Assembly (NCBI GenBank): GCA_964016885.1
Contig: CAXHJY010001738.1
Span: 1 to 64,000, forward strand
Source of the DNA: Eledone cirrhosa
Taxonomy: Eukaryota
Reading direction: 5' to 3'
Length of the DNA stretch: 64,000 nucleotides
In this document: piece by piece, positions 1-15,000 of the stretch
How the letters are laid out: each line of letters starts with the position of its first letter
Position numbering within the stretch: the stretch's first letter is position 1
Notes under the pieces: model-generated
What the model saw: only the letters and a program-made list of their open reading frames with translations
Database searches by the model: none
Told to the model about the DNA's origin: nothing
Made by a program: the position numbers and the translations under genes

Positions 1-3000
1 CCATAACTGATAGTCCTCAGTGGAATATGTATAACGTCTGAAGAGTTCAAGCTACCATAACTGATAGTCCTCAGTGGAATATGTATAACGTCTGAAGAGT
101 TCAACCTACCATAACTGATAGTCCTCAGTGGAATATGTATAACATCTGAAGAGTTCAAGCAACCATAACTGATAGTCCTCAGTGGAATATGTATAACGTC
201 TGAAGAGCTCAAGCTACCATAACTGATAGTCCTCGGTGGAATATATATAACGTCTGAAGAGTTCAAGCTACCATAATTGATAGTCCTCAGTGAAATATGT
301 ATAACGTCTGAAGAGTTCAAGCTACCATAACTGATAGTCCTCAGTGGAATATGTATAACGTCTGAAGAGTTCAAGCTACCATAACTGATAGTCCTCAGTG
401 GAATATGTATAACGTCTGAAGAGCTCAAGCTACCATAACTGATAGTCCTCAGTGGAATATGTATAACGTCTGAAGAGTTCAAGCTACCATAATTGATAGT
501 CCTCAGTGGAATACGTATAACGTCTGAAGAGTTCAAGCTACCATAATTGATAGTCCTCAGTGAAATATGTATAACGTCTGAAGAGTTCAAGCTACCATAA
601 CTGATAGTCCTCAGTGGAATATGTATAACGTCTGAAGAGTTCAAGCTACCATAACTGATAGTCCTCAGTGGAATATGTATAACGTCTGAAGAGCTCAAGC
701 TACCATAACTGATAGTCCTCAGTGGAATATGTATAACGTCTGAAGAGTTCAAGCTACCATAATTGATAGTCCTCAGTGGAATACGTATAACGTCTGAAGA
801 GTTCAAGCTACCATAATTGATAGTCCTCAGTGAAATATGTATAACGTCTGAAGAGTTCAAGCTACCATAACTGATAGTCCTCAGTGGAATATGTATAACG
901 TCTGAAGAGTTCAAGCTACCATAACTGATAGTCCTCAGTGGAATACGTATAACGTCTGAAGAGTTCAAGCTACCATAATTGATAGTCCTCAGTGAAATAT
1001 GTATAACGTCTGAAGAGTTCAAGCTACCATAACTGATAGTCCTCAGTGGAATATGTATAACGTCTGAAGAGTTCAAGCTACCATAACTGATAGTCCTCAG
1101 TGGAATACGTATAACGTCTGAAGAGTTCAAGCTACCATAATTGATAGTCCTCAGTGAAATATGTATAACGTCTGAAGAGTTCAAGCTACCATAACTGATA
1201 GTCCTCAGTGGAATACGTATAACGTCTGAAGAGTTCAAGCTACCATAATTGATAGTCCTCAGTGAAATATGTATAACGTCTGAAGAGTTCAAGCTACCAT
1301 AACTGATAGTCCTCAGTGGAATATGTATAACGTCTGAAGAGTTCAAGCTACCATAACTGATAGTCCTCAGTGGAATATGTATAACGTCTGAAGAGTTCAA
1401 GCTACCATAACTGATAGTCCTCAGTGAAATGTGTATAACGTCTGAAGAGCTCAAGCTGTCATAAGTGATAGTCCTCAGTGGAATATGTATAACGTCTGAA
1501 GAGTTCAAGCTACCATAACTGATAGTCCTCAGTGAAATATGTATAACGTCTGAAGAGCTCAAGCTGTCATAAATGATAGTCCTCAGTGGAATATGTATAA
1601 CGTCTGAAGAGTTCAAGCTACCATAACTGATAGTCCTCAGTGGAATATGTATAACGTCTGAAGAGTTCAACCTACCATAACTGATAGTCCTCAGTGGAAT
1701 ATGTATAACGTCTGAAGAGTTCAAGCTACCATAACTGATAGTCGTCGGTGGAATATATATAACGTCTGAAGTGTTCAAGCTACCATAATTGATAGTCCTC
1801 AGTGAAATATGTATAACGTCTGAAGAGTTCAAGCTACCATAACTGATAGTCCTCAGTGGAATATGTATAACGTCTGAAGTGTTCAAGCTACCATAACTGA
1901 TAGTCCTCAATGGAATACGTATAACGTCTGAAGAGTTCAAGCTACCATAACTGATAGTCCTCGGTGAAATATGTATAACGTCTGAAGAGCACAAGCTACC
2001 ATAACTGATAGTCCTCAGTGAAATATGTATAACGTCTGAAGAGTTCAAGCTACCATAACTGATAGTCCTCAGTGAAATATGTATAACGTCTGAAGAGCTC
2101 AAGCTGTCATAACTGATAGTCCTCAGTGGAATATATATAACGTCTGAAGAGTTCAAGCTACCATAACTGATAGTCCTCAGTGAAATATGTTTAACGTCTG
2201 AAGAGCTCAAGCTGTCATAACTGATAGTCCTCAGTGGAATATGTATAACGTCTGAAGAGTTCAAGTTACCATAACTGATAGTCCTCAGTGAAATATGTAT
2301 AACGTCTGAAGAGTTCAAGCTACCATAACTGATAGTCCTCAGTGGAATACGTATAACGTCTGAAGAGTTCAAGCTACCATAGCTGATAGTCCTCGGTGAA
2401 ATATGTATAACGTCTGAAGAGCTCAAGCTACCATAACTGATAGTCCTCAGTGAAATATGTATAACGTCTGAAGAGTTCAAGCTACCATAACTGATAGTCC
2501 TCAGTGAAATATGTATAACGTCTGAAGAGTTCAAGCTACCATAACTGATAGTCCTCAGTGGAATATGTATAAGGTCTGAAGAGTTCAAGCTACCATAACT
2601 GATAGTCCTCAGTGAAATATGTATAGCGTCTGAAGAGTTCAAGCTACCATAACTGATAGTCCTCAGTGGAATATGTATAACGTCTGAAGAGTTCAAGCTA
2701 CCATAACTGATAGTCCTCAGTGGAATATGTATAACGTCTGAAGAGCTCAAGCTACCATAACTGATAGTCCTCAGTGGAATATGTATAACGTCTGAAGAGT
2801 TCAAGCTACCATAACTGATAGTCCTCAGTGGAATATGTATAATGTCTGAAGAGCACAAGCTACCATAACTGATAGTCCTCAGTGGAATATATATAACGTC
2901 TGAAGAGCTCAAGCTACCATAACTGATAGTCCTCGGTGGAATATATATAACGTCTGAGAAGTTCAAGCTACCATAACTGATAGTCCTCAGTGGAATATGT

Positions 3001-6000
3001 ATAACGTCTGAAGAGTTCAACCTACCATAACTGATAGTCCTCAGTGGAATATGTATAACGTCTGAAGAGTTCAAGCAACCATAACTGATAGTCCTCAGTG
3101 GAATATGTATAACGTCTGAAGAGCTCAAGCTACCATAACTGATAGTCCTCGGTGGAATATATATAACGTCTGAAGAGTTCAAGCTACCATAATTGATAGT
3201 CCTCAGTGAAATATGTATAACGTCTGAAGAGTTCAAGCTACCATAACTGATAGTCCTCAGTGGAATATGTATAACGTCTGAAGAGTTCAAGCTACCATAA
3301 CTGATAGTCCTCAGTGGAATATGTATAACGTCTGAAGAGCTCAAGCTACCATAACTGATAGTCCCCGGTGGAATATATATAACGTCTGAAGAGTTCAAGC
3401 TACCATAATTGATAGTCCTCAGTGAAATATGTATAACGTCTGAAGAGTTCAAGCTACCATAACTGATAGTCCTCAGTGGAATATGTATAACGTCTGAAGA
3501 GTTCAAGCTACCATAACTGATAGTCCTCAGTGGAATACGTATAACGTCTGAAGAGTTCAAGCTACCATAATTGATAGTCCTCAGTGAAATATGTATAACG
3601 TCTGAAGAGTTCAAGCTACCATAACTGATAGTCCTCAGTGGAATATATATAACGTCTGAAGAGTTCAAGCTACCATAACTGATAGTCCTCAGTGGAATAT
3701 GTATAACGTCTGAAGAGTTCAAGCTACCATAACTTATAGTCCTCAGTGGAATACGTATAACGTCTGAAGAGTTCAAGCTACCATAATTGATAGTCCTCAG
3801 TGAAATATGTATAACGTCTGAAGAGTTCAAGCTACCATAACTGATAGTCCTCAGTGGAATATATATAACGTCTGAAGAGTTCAAGCTACCATAACTGATA
3901 GTCCTCAGTGGAATATGTATAACGTCTGAAGAGTTCAAGCTACCATAACTGATAGTCCTCAGTGGAATACGTATAACGTCTGAAGAGTTCAAGCTACCAT
4001 AATTGATAGTCCTCAGTGAAATATGTATAACGTCTGAAGAGTTCAAGCTACCATAACTGATAGTCCTCAGTGGAATATGTATAACGTCTGAAGAGTTCAA
4101 GCTACCATAACTGATAGTCCTCAGTGGAATATGTATAACGTCTGAAGAGTTCAAGCTACCATAACTGATAGTCCTCAGTGAAATGTGTATAACGTCTGAA
4201 GAGCTCAAGCTGTCATAAGTGATAGTCCTCAGTGGAATATGTATAACGTCTGAAGAGTTCAAGCTACCATAACTGATAGTCCTCAGTGAAATATGTATAA
4301 CGTCTGAAGAGCTCAAGCTGTCATAAATGATAGTCCTCAGTGGAATATGTATAACGTCTGAAGAGTTCAAGCTACCATAACTGATAGTCCTCAGTGGAAT
4401 ATGTATAACGTCTGAAGAGCTCAAGCTGTCATAAGTGATAGTCCTCAGTGGAATATGTATAACGTCTGAAGAGCTCAAGCTGTCATAAGTGATAGTCCTC
4501 AGTGGAATATGTATAACGTCTGAAGAGTTCAAGCTACCATAACTGATAGTCCTCAGTGAAATATGTATAACGTCTGAAGAGCTCAAGCTACCATAACTGA
4601 TAGTCCTCGGTGGAATATGTATAACGTCTGAAGAGTTCAAGCTACCATAACTGATAGTCCTCGGTGGAATATGTATAACGTCTGAAGAGCTCAAGCTGTC
4701 ATAAGTGATAGTCCTCAGTGAAATATGTATAACGTCTGAAGAGCTCAAGCTACCATAACTGATAGTCCTCAGTGGAATATGTATAACGTCTGAAGAGTTC
4801 AAGCTACCATAACTGATAGTCCTCAGTGGAATATGTATAACGTCTGAAGAGTTCAAGCTACCATAACTGATAGTCCTCAGTGGAATATGTATAACGTCTG
4901 AAGAGTTCAAGCTACCATAATTGATAGTCCTCAGTGAAATATGTATAACGTCTGAAGAGTTCAAGCTACCATAACTGATAGTCCTCAGTGGAATGTGTAT
5001 AACGTCTGAAGAGTTCAAGCTACCATAACTGATAGTCCTCAGTGGAATGTGTATAACGTCTGAAGTGTTCAAGCTACCATAACTGATAGTCCTCAATGGA
5101 ATACGTATAACGTCTGAAGAGTTCAAGCTACCATAACTGATAGTCCTCAGTGGAATATGTATAACGTCTGAAGAGTTCAAGCTACCATAACTGATAGTCC
5201 TCAGTGGAATATGTATAACGTCTGAAGAGTTCAAGTTACCATAACTGAGAGTCCTCAGTGGAATATATATAACGTCTGAAGAGTTCAAGCTACCATAACT
5301 GATAGTCCTCAGTGGAATATGTATAACGTCTGAAGAGCTCAAGCTGTCATAAATGATAGTCCTCAGTGGAATATATATAACGTCTGAAGAGTTCAAGCTA
5401 CCATAACTGATAGTCCTCAGTGGAATATATATAACGTCTGAAGAGTTCAAGCTACCATAACTGATAGTCCTCAGTGGAATATGTATAACGTCTGAAGAGT
5501 TCAAGTTACCATAACTGAGAGTCCTCAGTGGAATATATATAACGTCTGAAGAGTTCAAGCTACCATAACTGATAGTCCTCAGTGGAATATGTATAACGTC
5601 TGAAGAGCTCAAGCTGTCATAAATGATAGTCCTCAGTGGAATATATATAACGTCTGAAGAGTTCAAGCTACCATAACTGATAGTCCTCAGTGGAATATGT
5701 ATAACGTCTGAAGAGTTCAAGCTACCATAACTGATAGTCCTCAGTGAAATATGTATAACGTCTGAAGAGTTCAAGCTACCATAACTTAGAGTCCTCAGTG
5801 GAATATATATAACGTCTGAAGAGTTCAAGCTACCATAACTGATAGTCCTCAGTGGAATATGTATAACGTCTGAAGAGCTCAAGCTGTCATAAATGATAGT
5901 CCTCAGTGGAATATGTATAACGTCTGAAGAGTTCAAGCTACCATAACTGATAGTCCTCAGTTGAATATGTATAACGTCTGAAGAGTTCAAGCTACCATAA

Positions 6001-9000
6001 CTGATATTCCTCAGTGGAATATATATAACGTCTGAAGAGCTCAAGCTACCATAACTGATAGTCCTCAGTGGAATATGTATAACGTCTGAAGAGTTCAACC
6101 TACCATAACTGATAGTCCTCAGTGAAATATGTATAACGTCTGAAGAGTTCAAGCTACCATAACTGATATTCCTCAGTGGAATATATATAACGTCTGAAGA
6201 GCTCAAGCTACCATAACTGATAGTCCTCAGTGGAATATGTATAACGTCTGAAGAGCTCAAGCTACCATAACTGATAGTCCTCAGTGGAATATGTATAACG
6301 TCTGAAGAGTTCAAGCTACCATAACTGATAGTCTTCAGTGAAATATGTATAACGTCTTAAGAGCTCAAGATGTCATAACTGGTAGTCCTCAGTGGAATAT
6401 GTATAACGTCTGAAGAGCTCAAGCTACCATAACTGATAGTCCTCAGTGAAATATGTATAACGTCTGAAGAGCTCAAGCTACCATAACTGATAGTCCTCAG
6501 TGGAATATGTATAACGTCTGAAGAGTTCAAGCTACGATAACTGATAGTCCTCAGTGAAATATGTATAACGTCTGAAGAGCTCAAGCTACCATAACTGATA
6601 GTCCTCAGTGGAATATGTATAACGTCTGAAGAGCTCAAGCTACGATAACTGATAGTCCTCAGTGGAATATGTATAACGTCTGAAGAGCTCAAGCTACCAT
6701 AACTGATAGTCCTCGGTGGAATATATATAACGTCTGAAGAGTTCAAGCTACCATAATTGATAGTCCTCAGTGAAATATGTATAACGTCTGAAGAGCTCAA
6801 GCTACCATAACTGATAGTCCTCAGTGGAATATGTATAACGTCTGAAGAGTTCAAGCTGTCATAACTGATAGTCCTCAGTGAAATATGTATAACGTCTGAA
6901 GAGCTCAAGCTACCATAACTGATAGTCCTCAGTGGAATATGTTTAACGTCTGAAGAGTTCAAGCTACCATAACTGATAGTCCTCAGTGGAATATGTATAA
7001 CGTCTGAAGAGTTCAAGCTACCATAACTGATAGTCCTCAGTGGAATATGTATAACGTCTGAAGAGCTCAAGATGTCATAACTGGTAGTCCTCAGTGGAAT
7101 ATGTATAACGTCTGAAGAGTTCAAGCTACGATAACTGATAGTCCTCAGTGGAATGTGTATAACGTCTGAAGAGCTCAAGCTACCATAACTGATAGTCCTC
7201 AGTGGAATATGTATAACGTCTGAAGAGCTCAAGCTACCATAACTGATAGTCCTCAGTGGAATATGTATAACGTCTGAAGAGCTCAAGCTACCATAACTGA
7301 TAGTCCTCAGTGGAATATGTATAACGTCTGAAGAGTTCAAGCTACCATAATTGATAGTCCTCAGTGGAATATGTATAACGTCTTAAGAGTTCAAGCTACC
7401 ATAACTGATAGTCCTCGGTGGAATATATATAACGTCTGAAGAGTTCAAGCTACCATAACTTATAGTCCTCAGTGGAATATGTATAACGTCTGAAGAGTTC
7501 AAGCTACCATAACTGATAGTCCTCAGTGAAATATGTATAACGTCTGAAGAGTTCAAGCTACCATAATTGATAGTCCTCAGTGGAATATGTATAACGTCTG
7601 AAGAGTTCAAGCTACCATAACTGATAGTCCTCAGTGGAATATGTATAACGTCTGAAGAGTTCAAGCTACCATAACTGATAGTCCTCAGTGAAATATGTAT
7701 AACGTCTGAAGAGTTCAAGCTACCATAATTGATAGTCCTCAGTGGAATATGTATAACGTCTGAAGAGTTCAAGCTACCATAACTGATAGTCCTCAGTGGA
7801 ATATGTATAACGTCTGAAGAGTTCAAGCTACCATAACTGATAGTCCTCAGTGGAATATGTATAACGTCTGAAGAGTTCAAGCTACCATAACTGATAGTCC
7901 TCAGTGGAATATGTAAAACGTCTGAAGAGTTCAAGCTACCATAACTGATAGTCCTCAGTGAAATATGTATAACGTCTGAAGAGTTCAAGCTACCATAACT
8001 GATAGTCCTCAGTGAAATATGTATAACGTCTGAAGAGTTCAAGCTACCATAACTGATAGTCCTCAGTGAAATATGTATAACGTCTGAAGAGTTCAAGCTA
8101 CCATAACTGATAGTCCTCAGTGAAATATGTATAACGTCTGAAGAGTTCAAGCTACCATAACTGATAGTCCTCAGTGAAATATGTATAACGTCTGAAGAGC
8201 TCAAGCTACCATAACTGATAGTCCTCAGTGGAATATGTATAACGTCTGAAGAGTTCAAGCTACCATAACTGATAGTCCTCAGTGGAATATGTATAACGTC
8301 TGAAGAGTTCAACCTACCATAACTGATAGTCCTCAGTGGAATATGTATAATGTCTGAAGAGCTCAAGCTACCATAACTGATAGTCCTCAGTGGAATATGT
8401 ATAACGTCTGAAGAGTTCAAGCTACCATAATTGATAGTCCTCAGTGGAATATGTATAACGTCTGAAGAGTTCAACCTACCATAACTGATAGTCCTCAGTG
8501 GAATATGTATAATGTCTGAAGAGCTCAAGCTACCATAACTGATAGTCCTCAGTGGAATATGTATAACGTCTGAAGAGTTCAAGCTACCATAATTGATAGT
8601 CCTCAGTGGAATATGTATAATGTCTGAAGAGCTCAAGCTACCATAACTGATAGTCCTCAGTGGAATATGTATAACGTCTGAAGAGTTCAAGCTACCATAA
8701 CTGATAGTCCTCAGTGGAATATGTATAACGTCTGAAGAGTTCAAGCAACCATAACTGATAGTCCTCAGTGGAATATGTATAACGTCTGAAGAGTTCAACC
8801 TACCATAACTGATAGTCCTCAGTGGAATATGTATAACGTCTGAAGAGTTCAAGCAACCATAACTGATAGTCCTCAGTGGAATATGTATAACGTCTGAAGA
8901 GCTCAAGCTACCATAACTGATAGTCCTCGGTGGAATATATATAACGTCTGAAGAGTTCAAGCTACCATAATTGATAGTCCTCAGTGAAATATGTATAACG

Positions 9001-12000
9001 TCTGAAGAGCTCAAGCTACCATAACTGATAGTCCTCAGTGGAATATGTATAACGTCTGAAGAGTTCAAGCTACCATAACTGATAGTCCTCAGTGGAATAT
9101 GTATAACGTCTGAAGAGTTCAAGCTACCATAACTGATAGTCCTCAGTGGAATATGTATAACGTCTGAAGAGTTCAAGCTACCATAACTGATAGTCCTCAG
9201 TGGAATATGTATAACGTCTGAAGAGTTCAAGCTACCATAACTGATAGTCCTCAGTGGAATATGTATAACGTCTGAAGAGTTCAAGCTACCATAACTGATA
9301 GTCCTCAGTGAAATGTGTATAACGTCTGAAGAGCTCAAGCTGTCATAAGTGATAGTCCTCAGTGGAATATGTATAACGTCGGAAGAGTTCAAGCTACCAT
9401 AACTGATAGTCCTCAGTGAAATATGTATAACGTCTGAAGAGCTCAAGCTGTCATAAATGATAGTCCTCAGTGGAATATGTATAACGTCTGAAGAGTTCAA
9501 GCTACCATAACTGATAGTCCTCAGTGGAATATGTATAACGTCTGAAGAGTTCAAGCTACCATAACTGATAGTCCTCAGTGGAATAGGTATAACGTCTGAA
9601 GAGTTCAAGCTACCATAACTGATAGTCCTCAGTGGAATATGTATAACGTCTGAAGAGTTCAAGCTACCATAACTGATAGTCCTCAGTGGAATATGTATAA
9701 CGTCTGAAGAGTTCAAGCTACCATAACTGATAGTCCTCAGTGAAATGTGTATAACGTCTGAAGAGCTCAAGCTGTCATAAGTGATAGTCCTCAGTGGAAT
9801 ATGTATAACGTCTGAAGAGTTCAAGCTACCATAACTGATAGTCCTCAGTGAAATATGTATAACGTCTGAAGAGCTCAAGCTGTCATAAATGATAGTCCTC
9901 AGTGGAATATGTATAACGTCTGAAGAGTTCAAGCTACCATAACTGATAGTCCTCAGTGGAATATGTATAACGTCTGAAGAGCTCAAGCTACCATAACTGA
10001 TAGTCCACAGTGGAATATGTATAACGTCTGAAGAGTTCAACCTACCATAACTGATAGTCCTCAGTGGAATATGTATAACGTCTGAAGAGTTCAAGCTACC
10101 ATAACTGATAGTCCTCAGTGGAATATGTATAACGTCTGAAGAGTTCAAGCTACCATAACTGATAGTCCTCAGTGGAATATGTATAACGTCTGAAGAGTTC
10201 AAGCTACCATAACTGATAGTCCTCAGTGGAATATGTATAACGTCTGAAGAGTTCAAGCTACCATAACTGATAGTCCTCGGTGAAATATGTATAACGTCTG
10301 AAGAGCACAAGCTACCATAACTGATAGTCCTCAGTGGAATATGTATAACGTCTGAAGAGTTCAAGCTACCATAACTTATAGTCCTCAGTGGAATATGTAT
10401 AACGTCTGAAGAGTTCAAGCTACCATAACTGATAGTCCTCAGTGAAATATGTATAACGTCTGAAGAGTTCAAGCTACCATAACTGATAGTCCTCAGTGGA
10501 ATATGTATAACGTCTGAAGAGTTCAAGCTACCATAACTGATAGTCCTCGGTGAAATATGTATAACGTCTGAAGAGCACAAGCTACCATAACTGATAGTCC
10601 TCAGTGAAATATGTATAACGTCTGAAGAGTTCAAGCTACCATAACTGATAGTCCTCAGTGGAATATGTATAACGTCTGAAGAGTTCAAGCTACCATAACT
10701 GATAGTCCTCGGTGAAATATGTATAACGTCTGAAGAGCACAAGCTACCATAACTGATAGTCCTCAGTGGAATATGTATAACGTCTGAAGAGTTCAAGCTA
10801 CCATAACTTATAGTCCTCAGTGGAATATGTATAACGTCTGAAGAGTTCAAGCTACCATAACTGATAGTCCTCAGTGAAATATGTATAACGTCTGAAGAGT
10901 TCAAGCTACCATAACTGATAGTCCTCAGTGGAACATGTATAACGTCTGAAGAGTTCAAGCTACCATAACTGATAGTCCTCAGTGGAACATGTATAACGTC
11001 TGAAGAGCTCAAGCTACCATAACTGATAGTCCTCAGTGAAATATGTATAACGTCTGAAGAGCTCAAGCTGTCATAACTGATAGTCCTCAGTGGAATATGT
11101 ATAACGTCTGAGAAGTTCAAGCTACCATAACTGATATTCCTCAGTGGAATATGTATAACGTCTGAAGAGCTCAAGCTACCATAACTGATAGTCCTCAGTG
11201 AAATATGTATAACATCTGAAGAGTTCAAGCTACCATAACTGATAGTCTTCAGTGAAATATGTATAACGTCTGAAGAGTTCAAGCTACCATAACTGATAGT
11301 CCTCAGTGGAATATGTATAACGTCTGAAGAGCTCAAGCTACCATAACTGATAGTCCTCAGTGAAATATGTATAACGTCTGAAGAGCTCAAGCTACCATAA
11401 CTGATAGTCCTCAGTGAAATATGTATAACGTCTGAAGAGTTCAAGCTACCATAACTGATAGTCCTCAGTGAAATATGTATAACGTCTGAAGAGTTCAAGC
11501 TACCATAACTGATAGTCCTCAGTGAAATATGTATAACGTCTGAAGAGCTCAAGCTGTCATAACTGATAGTCCTCAGTGAAATATGTATAACGTCTGAAGA
11601 GTTCAAGCTACCATAACTGATAGTCCTCAGTGGAATATGTATAACGTCTGAAGAGCTCAAGCTGTCATAACTGATAGTCCTCAGTGAAATATGTATAACG
11701 TCTGAAGAGTTCAAGCTACCATAACTGATAGTCCTCAGTGGAATATGTATAACGTCTGAAGAGTTCAAGCTACCATAACTGATAGTCCTCAGTGAAATAT
11801 GTATAACGTCTGAAGAGTTCAAGCTACCATAACTGATAGTCCTCAGTGGAATATGTATAACGTCTGAAGAGTTCAAGCTACCATAACTGATAGTCCTCAG
11901 TGGAATATGTTTAACGTCTGAAGAGTTCAAGCTACCATAACTGATAGTCCTCAGTGGAATATGTATAACGTCTGAAGAGTTCAAGCTACCATAACTGATA

Positions 12001-15000
12001 GTCCTCAGTGGAATATGTTTAACGTCTGAAGAGTTCAAGCTACCATAACTGATAGTCCTCAGTGGAATATGTTTAACGTCTGAAGAGTTCAAGCTACCAT
12101 AACTGATAGTCCTCAGTGGAATATGTATAACGTCTGAAGAGTTCAAGCTACCATAACTGATAGTCCTCAGTGAAATATGTATAACGTCTGAAGAGTTCAA
12201 GCTACCATAACTGATAGTCCTCAGTGAAATATGTATAACGTCTGAAGAGCTCAAGCTACCATAACTGATAGTCCTCAGTGGAATATGTATAACGTCTGAA
12301 GAGTTCAAGCTACCATAACTGATAGTCCTCAGTGGAATATGTATAACGTCTGAAGAGTTCAAGCTACTATAACTGATAGTCCTCAGTGGAATATGTATAA
12401 CGTCTGAAGAGTTCAAGCTACCATAACTGATAGTCCTCAGTGGAATATGTATAACGTCTGAAGAGTTCAAGCTACCATAACTGATAGTCCTCAGTGGAAT
12501 ATGTATAACGTCTGAAGAGTTCAAGCTACCATAACTGATAGTCCTCAGTGGAATATGTATAACGTCTGAAGAGTTCAAGCTACCATAACTGATAGTCCTC
12601 AGTGGAATATGTATAACGTCTGAAGAGTTCAAGCTACCATAACTGATAGTCCTCGGTGGAATATATATAACGTCTGAAGAGTTCAAGCTACCATAACTGA
12701 TAGTCCTCAGTGGAATATGTATAACGTCTGAAGAGTTCAAGCTACCATAACTGATAGTCCTCGGTGGAATATATATAACGTCTGAAGAGTTCAAGCTACC
12801 ATAATTGATAGTCCTCAGTGGAATATATATAACGTCTGAAGAGTTCAAGCTACCATAATTGATAGTCCTCAGTGGAATATATATAACGTCTGAAGAGTTC
12901 AAGCTACCATAACTGATAGTCCTCGGTGGAATATATATAACGTCTGAAGAGTTCAAGCTACCATAATTGATAGTCCTCAGTGAAATATGTATAACGTCTG
13001 AAGAGTTCAAGCTACCATAACTGATAGTCCTCAGTGGAATATGTATAACGTCTGAAGAGTTCAAGCTACCATAACTGATAGTCCTCAGTGGAATACGTAT
13101 AACGTCTGAAGAGTTCAAGCTACCATAATTGATAGTCCTCAGTGAAATATGTATAACGTCTGAAGAGTTCAAGCTACCATAACTGATAGTCCTCAGTGGA
13201 ATATATATAACGTCTGAAGAGCTCAAGCTACCATAACTGATAGTCCTCAGTGGAATGTGTATAACGTCTGAAGAGTTCAAGCTACCATAACTGATAGTCC
13301 TCAGTGGAATGTGTATAACGTCTGAAGAGTTCAAGCTACCATAACTGATAGTCCTCAGTGAAATATGTATAACGTCTGAAGAGCTCAAGCTACCATAACT
13401 GATAGTCCTCAGTGAAATATGTATAACGTCTGAAGAGTTCAAGCTACCATAACTGATAGTCCTCAGTGGAATATGTATAACGTCTGAAGAGTTCAAGCTA
13501 CCATAACTGATAGTCCTCAGTGGAATATGTATAACGTCTGAAGAGTTCAAGCTACCATAACTGATAGTCCTCAGTGGAATATGTATAACGTCTGAAGAGT
13601 TCAAGCTACCATAACTGATAGTCCTCAGTGGAATATGTATAACGTCTGAAGAGTTCAACCTACCATAACTGATAGTCCTCAGTGAAATATGTATAACGTC
13701 TGAAGAGTTCAAGCTACCATAACTGATAGTCCTCAGTGAAATATGTATAACGTCTGAAGAGTTCAAGCTACCATAACTGATAGTCCTCGGTGGAATATAT
13801 ATAACGTCTGAAGAGTTCAAGCTACCATAATTGATAGTCCTCAGTGGAATATATATAACGTCTGAAGAGTTCAAGCTACCATAATTGATAGTCCTCAGTG
13901 GAATATATATAACGTCTGAAGAGTTCAAGCTACCATAACTGATAGTCCTCGGTGGAATATATATAACGTCTGAAGAGTTCAAGCTACCATAATTGATAGT
14001 CCTCAGTGGAATATATATAACGTCTGAAGAGTTCAAGCTACCATAATTGATAGTCCTCAGTGGAATATATATAACGTCTGAAGAGTTCAAGCTACCATAA
14101 TTGATAGTCCTCAGTGAAATATATATAACGTCTGAAGAGTTCAAGCTACCATAATTGATAGTCCTCAGTGGAATATATATAACGTCTGAAGAGTTCAAGC
14201 TACCATAACTGATAGTCCTCGGTGGAATATATATAACGTCTGAAGAGTTCAAGCTACCATAATTGATAGTCCTCAGTGGAATATATATAACGTCTGAAGA
14301 GTTCAAGCTACCATAATTGATAGTCCTCAGTGGAATATATATAACGTCTGAAGAGTTCAAGCTACCATAATTGATAGTCCTCAGTGAAATATATATAACG
14401 TCTGAAGAGTTCAAGCTACCATAATTGATAGTCCTCAGTGGAATATATATAACGTCTGAAGAGTTCAAGCTACCATAATTGATAGTCCTCAGTGGAATAT
14501 ATATAACGTCTGAAGAGTTCAAGCTACCATAATTGATAGTCCTCAGTGAAATATATATAACGTCTGAAGAGTTCAAGCTACCATAATTGATAGTCCTCAG
14601 TGGAATATATATAACGTCTGAAGAGTTCAAGCTACCATAATTGATAGTCCTCAGTGGAATATATATAACGTCTGAAGAGTTCAAGCTACCATAATTGATA
14701 GTCCTCAGTGGAATATATATAACGTCTGAAGAGTTCAAGCTACCATAATTGATAGTCCTCAGTGAAATATATATAACGTCTGAAGAGTTCAAGCTACCAT
14801 AACTGATAGTCCTCAGTGGAATATGTATAACGTCTGAAGAGTTCAAGCTACCATAATTGATAGTCCTCAGTGAAATATATATAACGTCTGAAGAGTTCAA
14901 GCTACCATAATTGATAGTCCTCAGTGGAATATATATAACGTCTGAAGAGTTCAAGCTACCATAATTGATAGTCCTCAGTGGAATATGTATAACGTCTGAA

